Shown here: piece by piece, positions 1-9,501 of the stretch
How the letters are laid out: the number at the start of each line of letters is the position of its first letter
Numbering within the stretch: the stretch's first letter is position 1
Origin: Candidatus Omnitrophota bacterium
GTDB lineage: Bacteria; Omnitrophota; Gorgyraeia; Zapsychrales; Zapsychraceae
Assembly (NCBI GenBank): GCA_029261055.1
Contig: JAJDCA010000015.1
Coordinates: forward strand, 83,998 to 147,997
Reading direction: 5' to 3'
DNA length: 64,000 nt
Made by a program: the position numbers and the translations under genes
The notes under the pieces: model-generated
Seen by the model: only the letters and a program-made list of their open reading frames with translations
Told to the model about the DNA's origin: nothing
The model's database searches: none

Positions 1-2
1 AT

Positions 3-2636
3 GAGGGATGGGATGAAGTGAAGAAGTCTGTAAAAGATTTAGCCTTGTTAGCAACCCCACTCGAGCAAGATGAAGAGATGCGCGATATGGATAAGGCGGA
101 ACTGATTGATACGGCTAAGACAATGATGAGAAATGGTGGAAAGGGTTATTGGGTGGGTTTAAAAAAATTAGAGAAAAAATTATCTAAAGACGAAGCAGAG
201 AAAATAGCAGTGGACATAAACACGGAGTTGCTAGAGGAAAGTCTTGGGACAAATTTAATAGGCGGGGTAGACGAGGAGGAACAAGACTTTACAATCGATT
301 TTGAAAAACTTATTGAATCTGCACAACGTTTGGGTAATTTGGGGCAGCGTAGTGTTATTCTGAAGGCGCGTTCTCTGTTAGGTGAATTGGGTTCTAAGAA
401 GCCATGGAGTCAGTTTAAGAAACTCCTTGATGTTTTTGTTCAGCTTGGGATGAATAATGTCAGTAAGTCTTTTATGGAAGAAGATTCTAATGTTTTAATG
501 GAAGATGTTATTGATACTTTAGAGCAGGAAAAAAGTAGTTTTCCAGAGGTCGCGGTCAAAGAATGGATAGATTATTGGCGAGATTCTGTTAAAGGAGATG
601 AGTCTTTTTTTACAGAAATTTGGCAAGAATTTGATCCTTATTTGAATCAGGTGATAGGTTTAACATTGCAGCAAAAACTTAAGTTGTATGAATCTATATT
701 ACAAGAAGAAAAATTTAAGGATGAAGAAGAGTTATTAACTATTTTGTTAGACAGAAGTGAAGCATTAGAAGAGTTAATAGAATTAGAAGTGAAAAATGAT
801 CGTACTTTTGAACTTGAACCTGAGGGTTTGAAATATCGTTTTGAATATGAAACGTTTGATCAGGATTTAACAAAAACGGAGGAGCTAATAAATAAGGTTA
901 CAGTGGGGGCAAGAAAAGTTATAAAGGATATGGAATTAATGGGAGGAATAAATGATGATGAGTTTACTATAGATGTCGATTTTAAAATAGACAAGTTTAA
1001 TCCATCCGCTTTCAGATTAAGGTTCACATATCAGGGAAGACTGCAAGATGATGACATCCATGCACGATTTCTGTACGCAGCGCAAAAAACCGTTATGGCG
1101 TTGCATCCGCAATATATTTCCAAGGATTATGAGTTTTTAAATAAAGAAAACAACTTTACAAATTATTCCATCACATTCGTCCTCAGAAGTAGTATAGACG
1201 ATCAAGAAATTAAAACATTAATTCAAAAAGAAATCGCGTTGGCTGAAGAGGTGAAGAAGCGGGACCTGGCTTTGTTGGTTCCTGTGGTGGTGAATGGTTT
1301 GCGGAAGAAGTTACTGGAATATGGTGAAAAAATTATTAAGGAGGATGTGAAGAAAGAATATGGAAAAGTAGTCAGAGATTTGTATATCCGGTCAGAGGTT
1401 GATGCTTCTTTTAATAACGCGGCAACCCTGTTAAATAACTTTGAGGAGAAGCAGAGTATTGTAAATATTATGACCACAGCGGCCGATGAAATCGTTAAAA
1501 TAATAACGACATATCATTCGAAATATGGTCAGGGTTTGAAAGAATTTCTAGGGACGGATTTTTTGATGCCGATTATTGAGGAGGCTTTTAAATATCAGAA
1601 TAAAAGCGACACAAATAATGTGCCCGAAAATTATCAAATTATCATTAGACGTATATTTGCGGCATTAGAAAGTGAGTTGTTTATGCCTTGGGAAGAGGAT
1701 TTGAGTGATGAATTTGCAATCCACAAGGATCAAATAAAGGCGGCCATTGTTGGAAAAATATCCAGCGGTTTTGATAGTGATGAGGAAAATTCCCTGGGGG
1801 TAAGTGATATCCTAGGTGACATAAGCGCCATCCATGCACTAAGAAAATTAGTATCGTTAGATTATGTGAAAAGGAATGTGGCCGTGATAGGGGTAGACAC
1901 AAACACAGTGGAGGCCGTCCAAACATTGTTGAACAAGGTGGAAGGGGAGATCGATGCAATTGTTCCTTTTATGGAACGTGTGGTAACGGCGATGAATCAG
2001 AAAATTACTGAAAATGAATCCCGAGAGGTTGGAGCAGCTCCTGTAGAGAGTGATCTAAAAAATAAACACACAACTTTTGCCTTTATTGTTGATTTTCTTG
2101 ATGCCAACATAGCCAAAGATGATCAACTGGAGCAGTTGGAATCAATTACATCGTTAATTGAAAGCGGGCAGTTGCTTACACGGGATGATCCTAAGTGGGA
2201 CAACATGAAGGATCCTGCGAAAGATGATTGGAGTAACAAGGAGGAAGAAGAGCGGAAAGAAGACGTGGCTATGAAGGTGGGTACGGCGGAACAGGTGAAG
2301 ATTCCGGATACCATTGAGGATATGCTCGAGTTGTTTGATAAGGATCTGATACATGGGGGTATTAATTTAAACGCAGCAGCGTTTGATTTGCAGATTAAGC
2401 GTGACGGACGTGGGGTGCCGTTGCCGTTGGAGTTTCAGTCTTTGGGGGATGTGCATGTAGAAGGATTCTTACCGATTATTATGAATATTACCCCGATTAA
2501 TTTGCCTCAGCTTTTGGGGTTGGTCATTCCTGAATCAATGCCAGCGCAGGATGCGGTGGATGAGGCCAACGACATTCCCGATTATTACCGCGAAGAAGAC
2601 TTTGTCGCGCGTGATCCAATGGAGATTCAAGCATAA
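3..2636 (+). CDS. C-terminal part of a large modular protein with a GGI(D/N)xN C-terminal domain (5' end probably outside the window)
   Basis: Frame is open from nt 3, upstream of the GTG at 18. Acidic helical modules are separated by DLALL/DLALL/DVAMK motifs. The C-terminal GGINLNAAAFDLQIKRDG...EGFLPIIMNITP resembles the tail of 12490..14739. Confidence 0.75.
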   Translation, partial: EGWDEVKKSVKDLALLATPLEQDEEMRDMDKAELIDTAKTMMRNGGKGYWVGLKKLEKKLSKDEAEKIAVDINTELLEESLGTNLIGGVDEEEQDFTIDFEKLIESAQRLGNLGQRSVILKARSLLGELGSKKPWSQFKKLLDVFVQLGMNNVSKSFMEEDSNVLMEDVIDTLEQEKSSFPEVAVKEWIDYWRDSVKGDESFFTEIWQEFDPYLNQVIGLTLQQKLKLYESILQEEKFKDEEELLTILLDRSEALEELIELEVKNDRTFELEPEGLKYRFEYETFDQDLTKTEELINKVTVGARKVIKDMELMGGINDDEFTIDVDFKIDKFNPSAFRLRFTYQGRLQDDDIHARFLYAAQKTVMALHPQYISKDYEFLNKENNFTNYSITFVLRSSIDDQEIKTLIQKEIALAEEVKKRDLALLVPVVVNGLRKKLLEYGEKIIKEDVKKEYGKVVRDLYIRSEVDASFNNAATLLNNFEEKQSIVNIMTTAADEIVKIITTYHSKYGQGLKEFLGTDFLMPIIEEAFKYQNKSDTNNVPENYQIIIRRIFAALESELFMPWEEDLSDEFAIHKDQIKAAIVGKISSGFDSDEENSLGVSDILGDISAIHALRKLVSLDYVKRNVAVIGVDTNTVEAVQTLLNKVEGEIDAIVPFMERVVTAMNQKITENESREVGAAPVESDLKNKHTTFAFIVDFLDANIAKDDQLEQLESITSLIESGQLLTRDDPKWDNMKDPAKDDWSNKEEEERKEDVAMKVGTAEQVKIPDTIEDMLELFDKDLIHGGINLNAAAFDLQIKRDGRGVPLPLEFQSLGDVHVEGFLPIIMNITPINLPQLLGLVIPESMPAQDAVDEANDIPDYYREEDFVARDPMEIQA

Positions 2637-2663
2637 TTTTTTCGATGTTTCTAACAATTAAAG

Positions 2664-2693
2664 AGGCCCAAACATTTAGTTTGGGCTTTTTTT
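2664..2693 (+). terminator. Rho-independent terminator
   Basis: aggcccaaac-attta-gtttgggctt hairpin followed by a T run, just downstream of the stop at 2636. Confidence 0.8.
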
Positions 2694-2704
2694 GTTGATA
2701 TAAA

Positions 2705-2735
2705 ATATGGCATATGTATGATTATATGGTATAAT
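2705..2735 (+). promoter_or_regulatory. brnTA promoter (extended -10) with two small palindromes, candidate antitoxin operators
   Basis: TG-g-TATAAT at 2727-2735. Palindromes atatg-g-catat (2705-2715) and attata-tgg-tataat (2721-2735). Confidence 0.55.
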
Positions 2736-2740
2736 TTTTA

Positions 2741-3028
2741 GTGATGAACATAACATTTGAATGGGATGCTTCAAAGGACAGGTTAAATCAAAAGAAACAT
2801 AATGTTTCTTTTTTCTTGGCGCAGCAGGCTTTTTTAGATAAAAATCGTATTGTTGCCCGAGATTTAGTACATAGTTGTACGGAGGAACGTTATTTTTGTA
2901 TTGGAAAAATTGGTGAGGGTATTATGACAGTTCGTTTTACATACAGAGGAGATGTTATTAGAATTATTGGAGCTGGATATTGGAGAAAAGGAAAGGTGTT
3001 TTATGAAAAAGAAAATAAAATATACTAA
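2741..3028 (+). CDS. brnT: BrnT family toxin
   Basis: FEWDxxK..N.KKH.VSF and HS..EERY..IG....V.FT.R...IRII.A motifs; 95 aa. Confidence 0.9.
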   Translation: MMNITFEWDASKDRLNQKKHNVSFFLAQQAFLDKNRIVARDLVHSCTEERYFCIGKIGEGIMTVRFTYRGDVIRIIGAGYWRKGKVFYEKENKIY

Positions 3029-3230
3029 TGAAGCTATGGATTTTGAAATCCTTAAGGATTTTCTTCCTCCTCCGGAGAAGCTTGCTTTGAGAGAAGAAAC
3101 AGTTAAGGTTACGATTGGATTAAGCAAGTCAAGTGTGGACTTCTTTAAAATGTTTGCCAAAAAAAAACATGGTCATTATCAGACTATGATCAGAAAAATT
3201 CTAGATTCATATGTTGCGCATTATCATTAA
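3003..3230 (+). CDS. brnA: BrnA/CopG-like (RHH) antitoxin
   Basis: DFLPPPEKL..KVTIGL...VDFFK...YQTMIRKILD. Start re-called to ATG 3003 after aaggaaaggtg; overlaps the end of brnT. Confidence 0.85.
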   Translation: MKKKIKYTNEAMDFEILKDFLPPPEKLALREETVKVTIGLSKSSVDFFKMFAKKKHGHYQTMIRKILDSYVAHYH

Positions 3231-6200
3231 ATGATTAATCAACACAACACAAAAGGTTTTCGGGCATTATTAACGACGCAGTTCTTGGGGGCGTTTAATG
3301 ATAATGCGTTTAAGTTTGTTATTGCCGCGTTCATTGTAGATTTGATGGATCAGGCTGGAGGAGGGACAGGGTATTTGGCCCTTTCCGGTGTTGTATTTGT
3401 CCTACCGTTTTTACTTTTTTCCACATTGGGAGGTTATTTAGCGGATCGGTTTAGTAAGCAGAAGATCATTGTGGGTACAAAGATCTTTGAGCTGATGGTT
3501 ATGGCGGTGGGATTTTGGGCCTTGCTGAGTGGGCATATTGGACCGATGTTGGTCGTGCTGTTTTTTATGGGTTTGCAAAGTTCTCTTTTTGGGCCTTCCA
3601 AATATGGAATCCTGCCGGAGATGTTAGATGATAAAGAGTTATCCGAGGGCAACGGTTTGCTGCAGATGTGGACGTATGTAGCGGTTCTCCTTGGACAGAT
3701 GAGTTATGGATTTATTATGCAAGTGACACAGCCGCACTATTACAGGGCGGCTTTTATTTTTATGGCTATTTCGGTATGTGGAATTTTGGCCAGTTTATTC
3801 GTAACGAAAGTAAAACCTTCGGGGAGTGTGCGTCGTCATCAGATGAATGTTTTTAAAGAGGTGTATCAAAACATTCAATGGATCAAAAAAGACAGAGGCA
3901 TATTTCTTTCGATCATTGGATTGATGTATTTTGGTTTTCTGGGCGGCTTGTTTCAACCGAATGTCTTGTTGTTTGCACGAAAGATTCTTCACGTCAGCCA
4001 TTTACAAACAGGTTTGCTGATTTCTTGTATGACGATTGGTCTTGGTCTTGGGTGCATGGTAGCAGGAAAGTTGTCGGATAGAAAAGTGGAGCTTGGCCTG
4101 GTGCCTATGGGGGCGATTGGTTTAAGTGTGTTTTCTATTGGGTTGGGGGTGGTGGCGAATTCGTATGTTTTATCTTTAATTGATATTTTTCTTTTAGGCC
4201 TTTCTTGCGGGTTTTACATTGTCCCTTTAAATACCTTGATTCAGCAGAGGAGTCCGAAAGAAAATAGAGGGCAAATATTAGCGACCAATAGTGTTTTATC
4301 TTTTTGTGCGATTCTTATTGGATCGCTTTTTTTGTATGTACTTCGAGATATTGTCCATCTTAATGCCGCGCAGATTTTTATTTTTACAGGACTGCTGACC
4401 ATTGTTGGTACGGGATACATCACCTCTTTATTACCCTATGCCCTTATTCGCTTTATCATTTGGATGATTACACATACCATCTACCGGATTAAAAGTGTGA
4501 ATCGTCAAAATGTGCCTGAACAGGGTGGAGCGCTTTTGGTATCAAATCATGTGGCCTACATTGATGCCGTGATGATGATCGTTACGGTGCCAAGGACGAT
4601 TCGGTTTATGGTGTACCGCGAGATTTATTACATCAAATGGCTGAATCCATTATTTCGACTAGCAGGCGCCATCCCTGTAGCTGGTATTGATCGTCCTAAA
4701 GAAATTATGAAAGCTATCCACACGGCACGGGAGGCCATTGCGCAAGGAGAGTTGGTCTGTATTTTTCCTGAGGGGCAATTAACACGGACAGGGAATATGT
4801 TGAAGTTTAACCGGGGGATGGAAAAGATTATGAAGGGATTGGATTGTCCGATTATCCCTGTGCATCTCGACCGTGTGTGGGGAAGTATTTTCAGTTATGA
4901 GCGTGGAAAGTATTTCTTTAAAATGCCAAAGACGATTCCGTATCCGATTACGGTATCTTACGGTACCCCCATGCCGGCGGAATCAACGGCCTATGCGGTG
5001 AGAAATAAAATTATGGAATTGGGCGCAGATTCTTTGCCGCATCGTTTATCGGAGAAATTAACATTACCAGAAGCTTTTTTTCAAGAAGCGCGTAAACATC
5101 CGAAACAATTTTGTGCGGCGGATTCAAGTGGAAAGAAATTAAGTTTTGCCGAAGTTCTAATTTCTTCTGTGGTTTTATCTTTAAAGTTAAAACCTACCCT
5201 TAACGATCAATCGAATATTGGTATTCTCATTCCGCCTTCAATCGGTGGTGTTATTTCGAATGTTGCAGTCGCTATTTTGAATAAGGTTCCGGTCAATATT
5301 AATTACACGGCTTCCAAAGAAGCGCTTCAATCTGTGTGTGAGCAATGTCAGATGACACATATTTTAACATCGCGGACCTTTATGGATAAGATAAAGATCG
5401 ATTTGCCGGTTGAGCCGATTTATATCGAAGATATCGTTAAGCATATTTCAAAATTTGATCAAGTTATTTCTGCGATAAAATCATTTATGTGGCCGCGGTT
5501 TATTTCGTATACATTGATTTTTGGAAGCAAAAAGAAACGGCATATTTCTGATTTAGCGACCATTATGTTTACCAGTGGTAGTACAGGACAGCCCAAGGGG
5601 GTGATGTTAACGCATGCGAATATCACATCAAATCTTGAAGGGTTGTATCAAATTTTTCATGTAAATAAAGAGGATAGCGTAATGGGTATCCTTCCATTTT
5701 TTCATTCCTTTGGATTTACAGCCACACTTTGGTTTCCCTTAATAAGCGGGATGGGCGCCGTGTATCATGCTAATCCTTTGGACGCCAAGATGATTGGCAA
5801 GTTAGTTGCCAAGCACAAAGCCACTATTTTGATGAGCACGCCGACATTTCTTAATGCTTATATTCGTCGATGTGAAAAAGAGCAATTTGTAAGTTTACGT
5901 ACTGTTGTCGTTGGGGCGGAGAAGCTAAAGGAGCAGGTGGCTCAAGCCTTTAAAGAAAAATTTAATCTTGAGGCCATGGAAGGATACGGCTGTACAGAAT
6001 TGGCGCCTATTGTTTCATTAAATCTTCCGGATTATCGTGCTAAGGGCGTGCGTCAAAAAGCACATAAGCAGGGTAAGATCGGGCTGCCGCTTCCCGGGAT
6101 TGCCGTGAAAGTTTTAAATCCGGATACATTGCAGCCAGTGGAAGTGAATCAAAATGGATTATTGTTTGTTAAAGGGCCGAATGTGATGAAGGGGTACTTA

Positions 6201-6626
6201 AACAAAGATGATTTGACCAAAGAAGTGATACACGATGGATGGTATACTACCGGGGATGTAGCCAATATGGATGAAGATGGATTCTTGATGATTACCGACC
6301 GCATGAGCCGTTTTAGCAAGATTGCCGGCGAGATGGTGCCGCATATTAAGATTGAAGAAACAATTCATGCCATTTTAAACTCTTCGGAGCAAGTCTGTGT
6401 GGTCACATCGGTGCCTGATGAGAAAAAAGGCGAGAAGCTAGCCGTGTTATGTTTGCGCGACGTGGATGTACCTTCTTTGGTGGATGAATTAAAAAATAGT
6501 GATCTCCCAAATTTATGGATACCCGATATTACGATGTTCCACCCCATAGATGCGATTCCTATTTTGGGAACAGGGAAATTGGATTTAGGGGCCATCAAAC
6601 AAAAGGCGAGGGACGTATTTGTTTAG
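3231..6626 (+). CDS. aas: LplT-Aas fusion: MFS lysophospholipid transporter + acyltransferase + acyl-ACP synthetase
   Basis: N-terminal TQFLGAFNDN MFS; PlsC motifs NHVAYID and FPEG; AMP-binding motifs FTSGSTGQPKG and EGYGCTE. Confidence 0.93.
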   Translation: MINQHNTKGFRALLTTQFLGAFNDNAFKFVIAAFIVDLMDQAGGGTGYLALSGVVFVLPFLLFSTLGGYLADRFSKQKIIVGTKIFELMVMAVGFWALLSGHIGPMLVVLFFMGLQSSLFGPSKYGILPEMLDDKELSEGNGLLQMWTYVAVLLGQMSYGFIMQVTQPHYYRAAFIFMAISVCGILASLFVTKVKPSGSVRRHQMNVFKEVYQNIQWIKKDRGIFLSIIGLMYFGFLGGLFQPNVLLFARKILHVSHLQTGLLISCMTIGLGLGCMVAGKLSDRKVELGLVPMGAIGLSVFSIGLGVVANSYVLSLIDIFLLGLSCGFYIVPLNTLIQQRSPKENRGQILATNSVLSFCAILIGSLFLYVLRDIVHLNAAQIFIFTGLLTIVGTGYITSLLPYALIRFIIWMITHTIYRIKSVNRQNVPEQGGALLVSNHVAYIDAVMMIVTVPRTIRFMVYREIYYIKWLNPLFRLAGAIPVAGIDRPKEIMKAIHTAREAIAQGELVCIFPEGQLTRTGNMLKFNRGMEKIMKGLDCPIIPVHLDRVWGSIFSYERGKYFFKMPKTIPYPITVSYGTPMPAESTAYAVRNKIMELGADSLPHRLSEKLTLPEAFFQEARKHPKQFCAADSSGKKLSFAEVLISSVVLSLKLKPTLNDQSNIGILIPPSIGGVISNVAVAILNKVPVNINYTASKEALQSVCEQCQMTHILTSRTFMDKIKIDLPVEPIYIEDIVKHISKFDQVISAIKSFMWPRFISYTLIFGSKKKRHISDLATIMFTSGSTGQPKGVMLTHANITSNLEGLYQIFHVNKEDSVMGILPFFHSFGFTATLWFPLISGMGAVYHANPLDAKMIGKLVAKHKATILMSTPTFLNAYIRRCEKEQFVSLRTVVVGAEKLKEQVAQAFKEKFNLEAMEGYGCTELAPIVSLNLPDYRAKGVRQKAHKQGKIGLPLPGIAVKVLNPDTLQPVEVNQNGLLFVKGPNVMKGYLNKDDLTKEVIHDGWYTTGDVANMDEDGFLMITDRMSRFSKIAGEMVPHIKIEETIHAILNSSEQVCVVTSVPDEKKGEKLAVLCLRDVDVPSLVDELKNSDLPNLWIPDITMFHPIDAIPILGTGKLDLGAIKQKARDVFV

Positions 6627-8019
6627 AAATTATTTTATAAAAATTGTTTTGTGTGTGTGTATTTTCTTAATAGGCATTAACGCACACTCAGGAGAAGAAC
6701 GGATGTTGCATAAAAAGCCAAAGCATTTTATTTTTCTTATCCACGGTATCGGAGGGAATAAAACTCATTTTGGATACATGGCGAAGGCTCTTTCAAGAAT
6801 TCTCAATCAAAAAGACCCCACCACGAAATATTTTATTAAAAATATTGAATATGATACGGGCAATAATGAAAAGACGCCATATGATTTTGCCAAGGATATT
6901 GATTTAGAGATTAAAAAGGTGACCGCATCAGGAAAATTTAAGAAAGAAGACAAAATTTCTCTGATTATGCATTCTCAGGGAGGTTTGATCGGTTCCATTT
7001 GGATGTTCCAATCTTTGATGGCAACGCCTGGGTACAGTACGCCAAAAACAATTGAACACCTTGACGCCTTTATCACGTTAGGGACTCCTTTTTGGGGCGC
7101 CAAGACAGCACGCTGGGGCAAGGAAATTAAGAATTTAACCGATAAGCTGGGTGTGGATGTTCCTTTGCCTTATGGCAAACAAGAATTAGAACAGATGACC
7201 TTTGGCAGTGATATGATTTATGATTTTCGTATGGCCATGATGGACCCGCAATATCAAAAGCATATTGATTATTTAAGGACAAATGTCCGGTTTCTCAATA
7301 TTGTTGGTGTAGCCGATTTACTCAATCCCTTAGGCATTTTTGTTTCCGGGACGGGGAAATATGAGGATGATGGCGCAGTCCCTCTCGCCAGTGCACGGTT
7401 CGATTTCTTATTTAGTCAATCTATCAAAGAGCAATATGAAGACCAGGATAGAGTTTCGCTGAAACAGGTGCAAGAAATCAAAATGGCACCGTATGTCGTT
7501 GTTAATGCCATGCACAGATCACCATTACCGGAATTAGATAATTTTGCAGGGATTGCACAAATTAAGAAAGATTGTATTAAGAATGCGAACTGCAAGCATC
7601 CTACGTTTCCTTATTTGTGGAAACATATTCTTGGGCATGACATCAAACAGCTAGATGAAAGCTTGGGAGATTTTAAGACATTTTTATTGGATGTAAATGT
7701 AAGAGTTCAATCTGAGCAAGAGTATCCTTGTCGTGATATTAAAATTGATTTATTAAAATTAAATGGGGATCCTTTAGATAAGGCTAATATCGAAGTCTCC
7801 AAATTTTTCGAGTTTTATTCCAAAGGAAAGAACGTCTCCAAAAAATACCCTAATCAATGCCGCTTTTATTTTACCGGAAGCATTAAAAAATCATTAGGAA
7901 ACAGACAAGAAGCCGTATTGCTAAAAATAGCCGGCAAAAACTTGAAAACACGATTTGTAGAGATTCAGCTCAAAGAAACTTATTCCTCGTTTGTAGATGT
8001 GAATTTGGTTGAGAAATGA
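6619..8019 (+). CDS. Exported alpha/beta hydrolase (lipase/esterase-like)
   Basis: Signal-like N-terminus; LIHGIGG oxyanion motif, HSQGG nucleophile elbow, TLGTPFWG, DDGAVP. Confidence 0.75.
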   Translation: MFRNYFIKIVLCVCIFLIGINAHSGEERMLHKKPKHFIFLIHGIGGNKTHFGYMAKALSRILNQKDPTTKYFIKNIEYDTGNNEKTPYDFAKDIDLEIKKVTASGKFKKEDKISLIMHSQGGLIGSIWMFQSLMATPGYSTPKTIEHLDAFITLGTPFWGAKTARWGKEIKNLTDKLGVDVPLPYGKQELEQMTFGSDMIYDFRMAMMDPQYQKHIDYLRTNVRFLNIVGVADLLNPLGIFVSGTGKYEDDGAVPLASARFDFLFSQSIKEQYEDQDRVSLKQVQEIKMAPYVVVNAMHRSPLPELDNFAGIAQIKKDCIKNANCKHPTFPYLWKHILGHDIKQLDESLGDFKTFLLDVNVRVQSEQEYPCRDIKIDLLKLNGDPLDKANIEVSKFFEFYSKGKNVSKKYPNQCRFYFTGSIKKSLGNRQEAVLLKIAGKNLKTRFVEIQLKETYSSFVDVNLVEK

Positions 8020-8053
8020 AAAAGATCGCAAGTCTGATTAATCTAAGTTTATA

Positions 8054-8083
8054 TTGAAAATATACACTTTATGTTGTATATTT
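8054..8083 (+). promoter_or_regulatory. Putative sigma70 promoter overlapped by a 9-bp inverted repeat
   Basis: ttgaaa-N17-tatatt, with IR aaatataca (8058-8066) / tgtatattt (8075-8083). Confidence 0.4.
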
Positions 8084-8103
8084 ATCCTAGGAGGATAAAC
8101 TTT

Positions 8104-9405
8104 ATGGCGATTAACCGGCAGTTGTTACGAGATGTGATTGTTGACCAATCAAAAGCTTCACTTGATCCGGGAAGTATTCCGCGGGAGAAGTTCAATGATT
8201 TAGTCCGTTTTTCAAAAACAGGGCAAGTTATTATTATTAGCGGATTACGGCGTTGTGGTAAGTCTACGTTGCTGCAGCAAATAAGGGCAGAAAACTCTGA
8301 AGTTGATTATTATCTTAATTTTGATGATGATCGTTTATGTCAGTTTACGTTGGAAGACTTTCAGCAGCTTTTGGAGGTGTTTATCGAGCTTTTTGGTGTG
8401 CAAAAGACATGTTATTTTGATGAAATTCAAAATATTCAAGGATGGGAAAGGTTTGTGCGGCGGCTACATGATGAAAAATATTCGATATTTGTAACCGGTT
8501 CAAATGCTTCGATGTTATCGAAAGAATTGGGAACGCATTTAACCGGACGTCATTTACAGTTGGAGTTATTTCCATTCTCATTTAGGGAATATTTATTGTA
8601 CAAGAAGAAAAAACAAGATTATGTGATTGATAGACTTACGACAGCTCAAAAAGGGGTTTTGAAATCACATTGGAATAAATATTTAAAAGTAGGAGGCTTG
8701 CCTGAATATTTTAAAATGCAGCAGAAAGAATATTTACACTATTTGTATGAAGGAATTTTATATCGAGATATTATTACGCGCTATTCACTCTCAAAAGAAA
8801 AGACATTGAAGGAATTGTGTTTTTATTTGGCGAGTAATGTGTCAATGGAAGTGAGTTTTAATTCATTAAGGAAGTTGTTACATGTTGGTAGTCCAAGAAC
8901 GATATCAGAATATTGTGGATATTTGGAGAATGCCTATTTGATATTTCTTGTTCCGAGATATAATCGATCACTGAAGAAGCAAATCCATTTTAATAAGAAA
9001 ATTTATTTTTCAGATACAGCATTAGCTGAGGCTATTGGTTTTCGCTGGAGTGAGGATAGGGGGCGTATGTTAGAAAATAGTGTTTTTCTTGAGCTTCGCA
9101 GGAGAGGAGGCAATATTTATTTTCATAAAGAAAAAAATGAATGTGATTTTTTGTTGAGAGAAGGATTAAAAATAAAAAAGGCCATACAGGTTACGGTTCA
9201 TTTAGATAATGAAAAGACACGGACACGCGAATTTTTAGGTATCAAAGAAGCCATAGAAACTTATGGATTAAAGGAAGGTTTTATTCTTACAGACAACACT
9301 GAAGGGGTCGAAACTATAAATACATCACGGGGAAAGAAGAAAATATGGATTGTGCCTGTGTGGAAACACAATATCGATCTAACGATAGTGTCAAAAAATA
9401 AATGA
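8104..9405 (+). CDS. AAA_14/DUF4143 family ATPase
   Basis: Walker A GLRRCGKS, FDEIQ, VTGSN, KKIYFSD, ECDF. Start re-called to ATG 8104 after aggagg. Confidence 0.9.
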   Translation: MAINRQLLRDVIVDQSKASLDPGSIPREKFNDLVRFSKTGQVIIISGLRRCGKSTLLQQIRAENSEVDYYLNFDDDRLCQFTLEDFQQLLEVFIELFGVQKTCYFDEIQNIQGWERFVRRLHDEKYSIFVTGSNASMLSKELGTHLTGRHLQLELFPFSFREYLLYKKKKQDYVIDRLTTAQKGVLKSHWNKYLKVGGLPEYFKMQQKEYLHYLYEGILYRDIITRYSLSKEKTLKELCFYLASNVSMEVSFNSLRKLLHVGSPRTISEYCGYLENAYLIFLVPRYNRSLKKQIHFNKKIYFSDTALAEAIGFRWSEDRGRMLENSVFLELRRRGGNIYFHKEKNECDFLLREGLKIKKAIQVTVHLDNEKTRTREFLGIKEAIETYGLKEGFILTDNTEGVETINTSRGKKKIWIVPVWKHNIDLTIVSKNK

Positions 9406-9428
9406 AAGAAAATAAAAAGAAATTTATC

Positions 9429-9486
9429 GGTGTTGCGCAAAAGCGTTCGCAACACCTCATGTCAAAATGCAAGAATGCATTTTGAC
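9429..9486. repeat. Two tandem intergenic hairpins
   Basis: ggtgttgcg/cgcaacacc (9429-9456) and gtcaaaatgca/tgcattttgac (9461-9486). Confidence 0.6.
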
Positions 9487-9501
9487 TGCCAGGAGTAAAT
9501 C

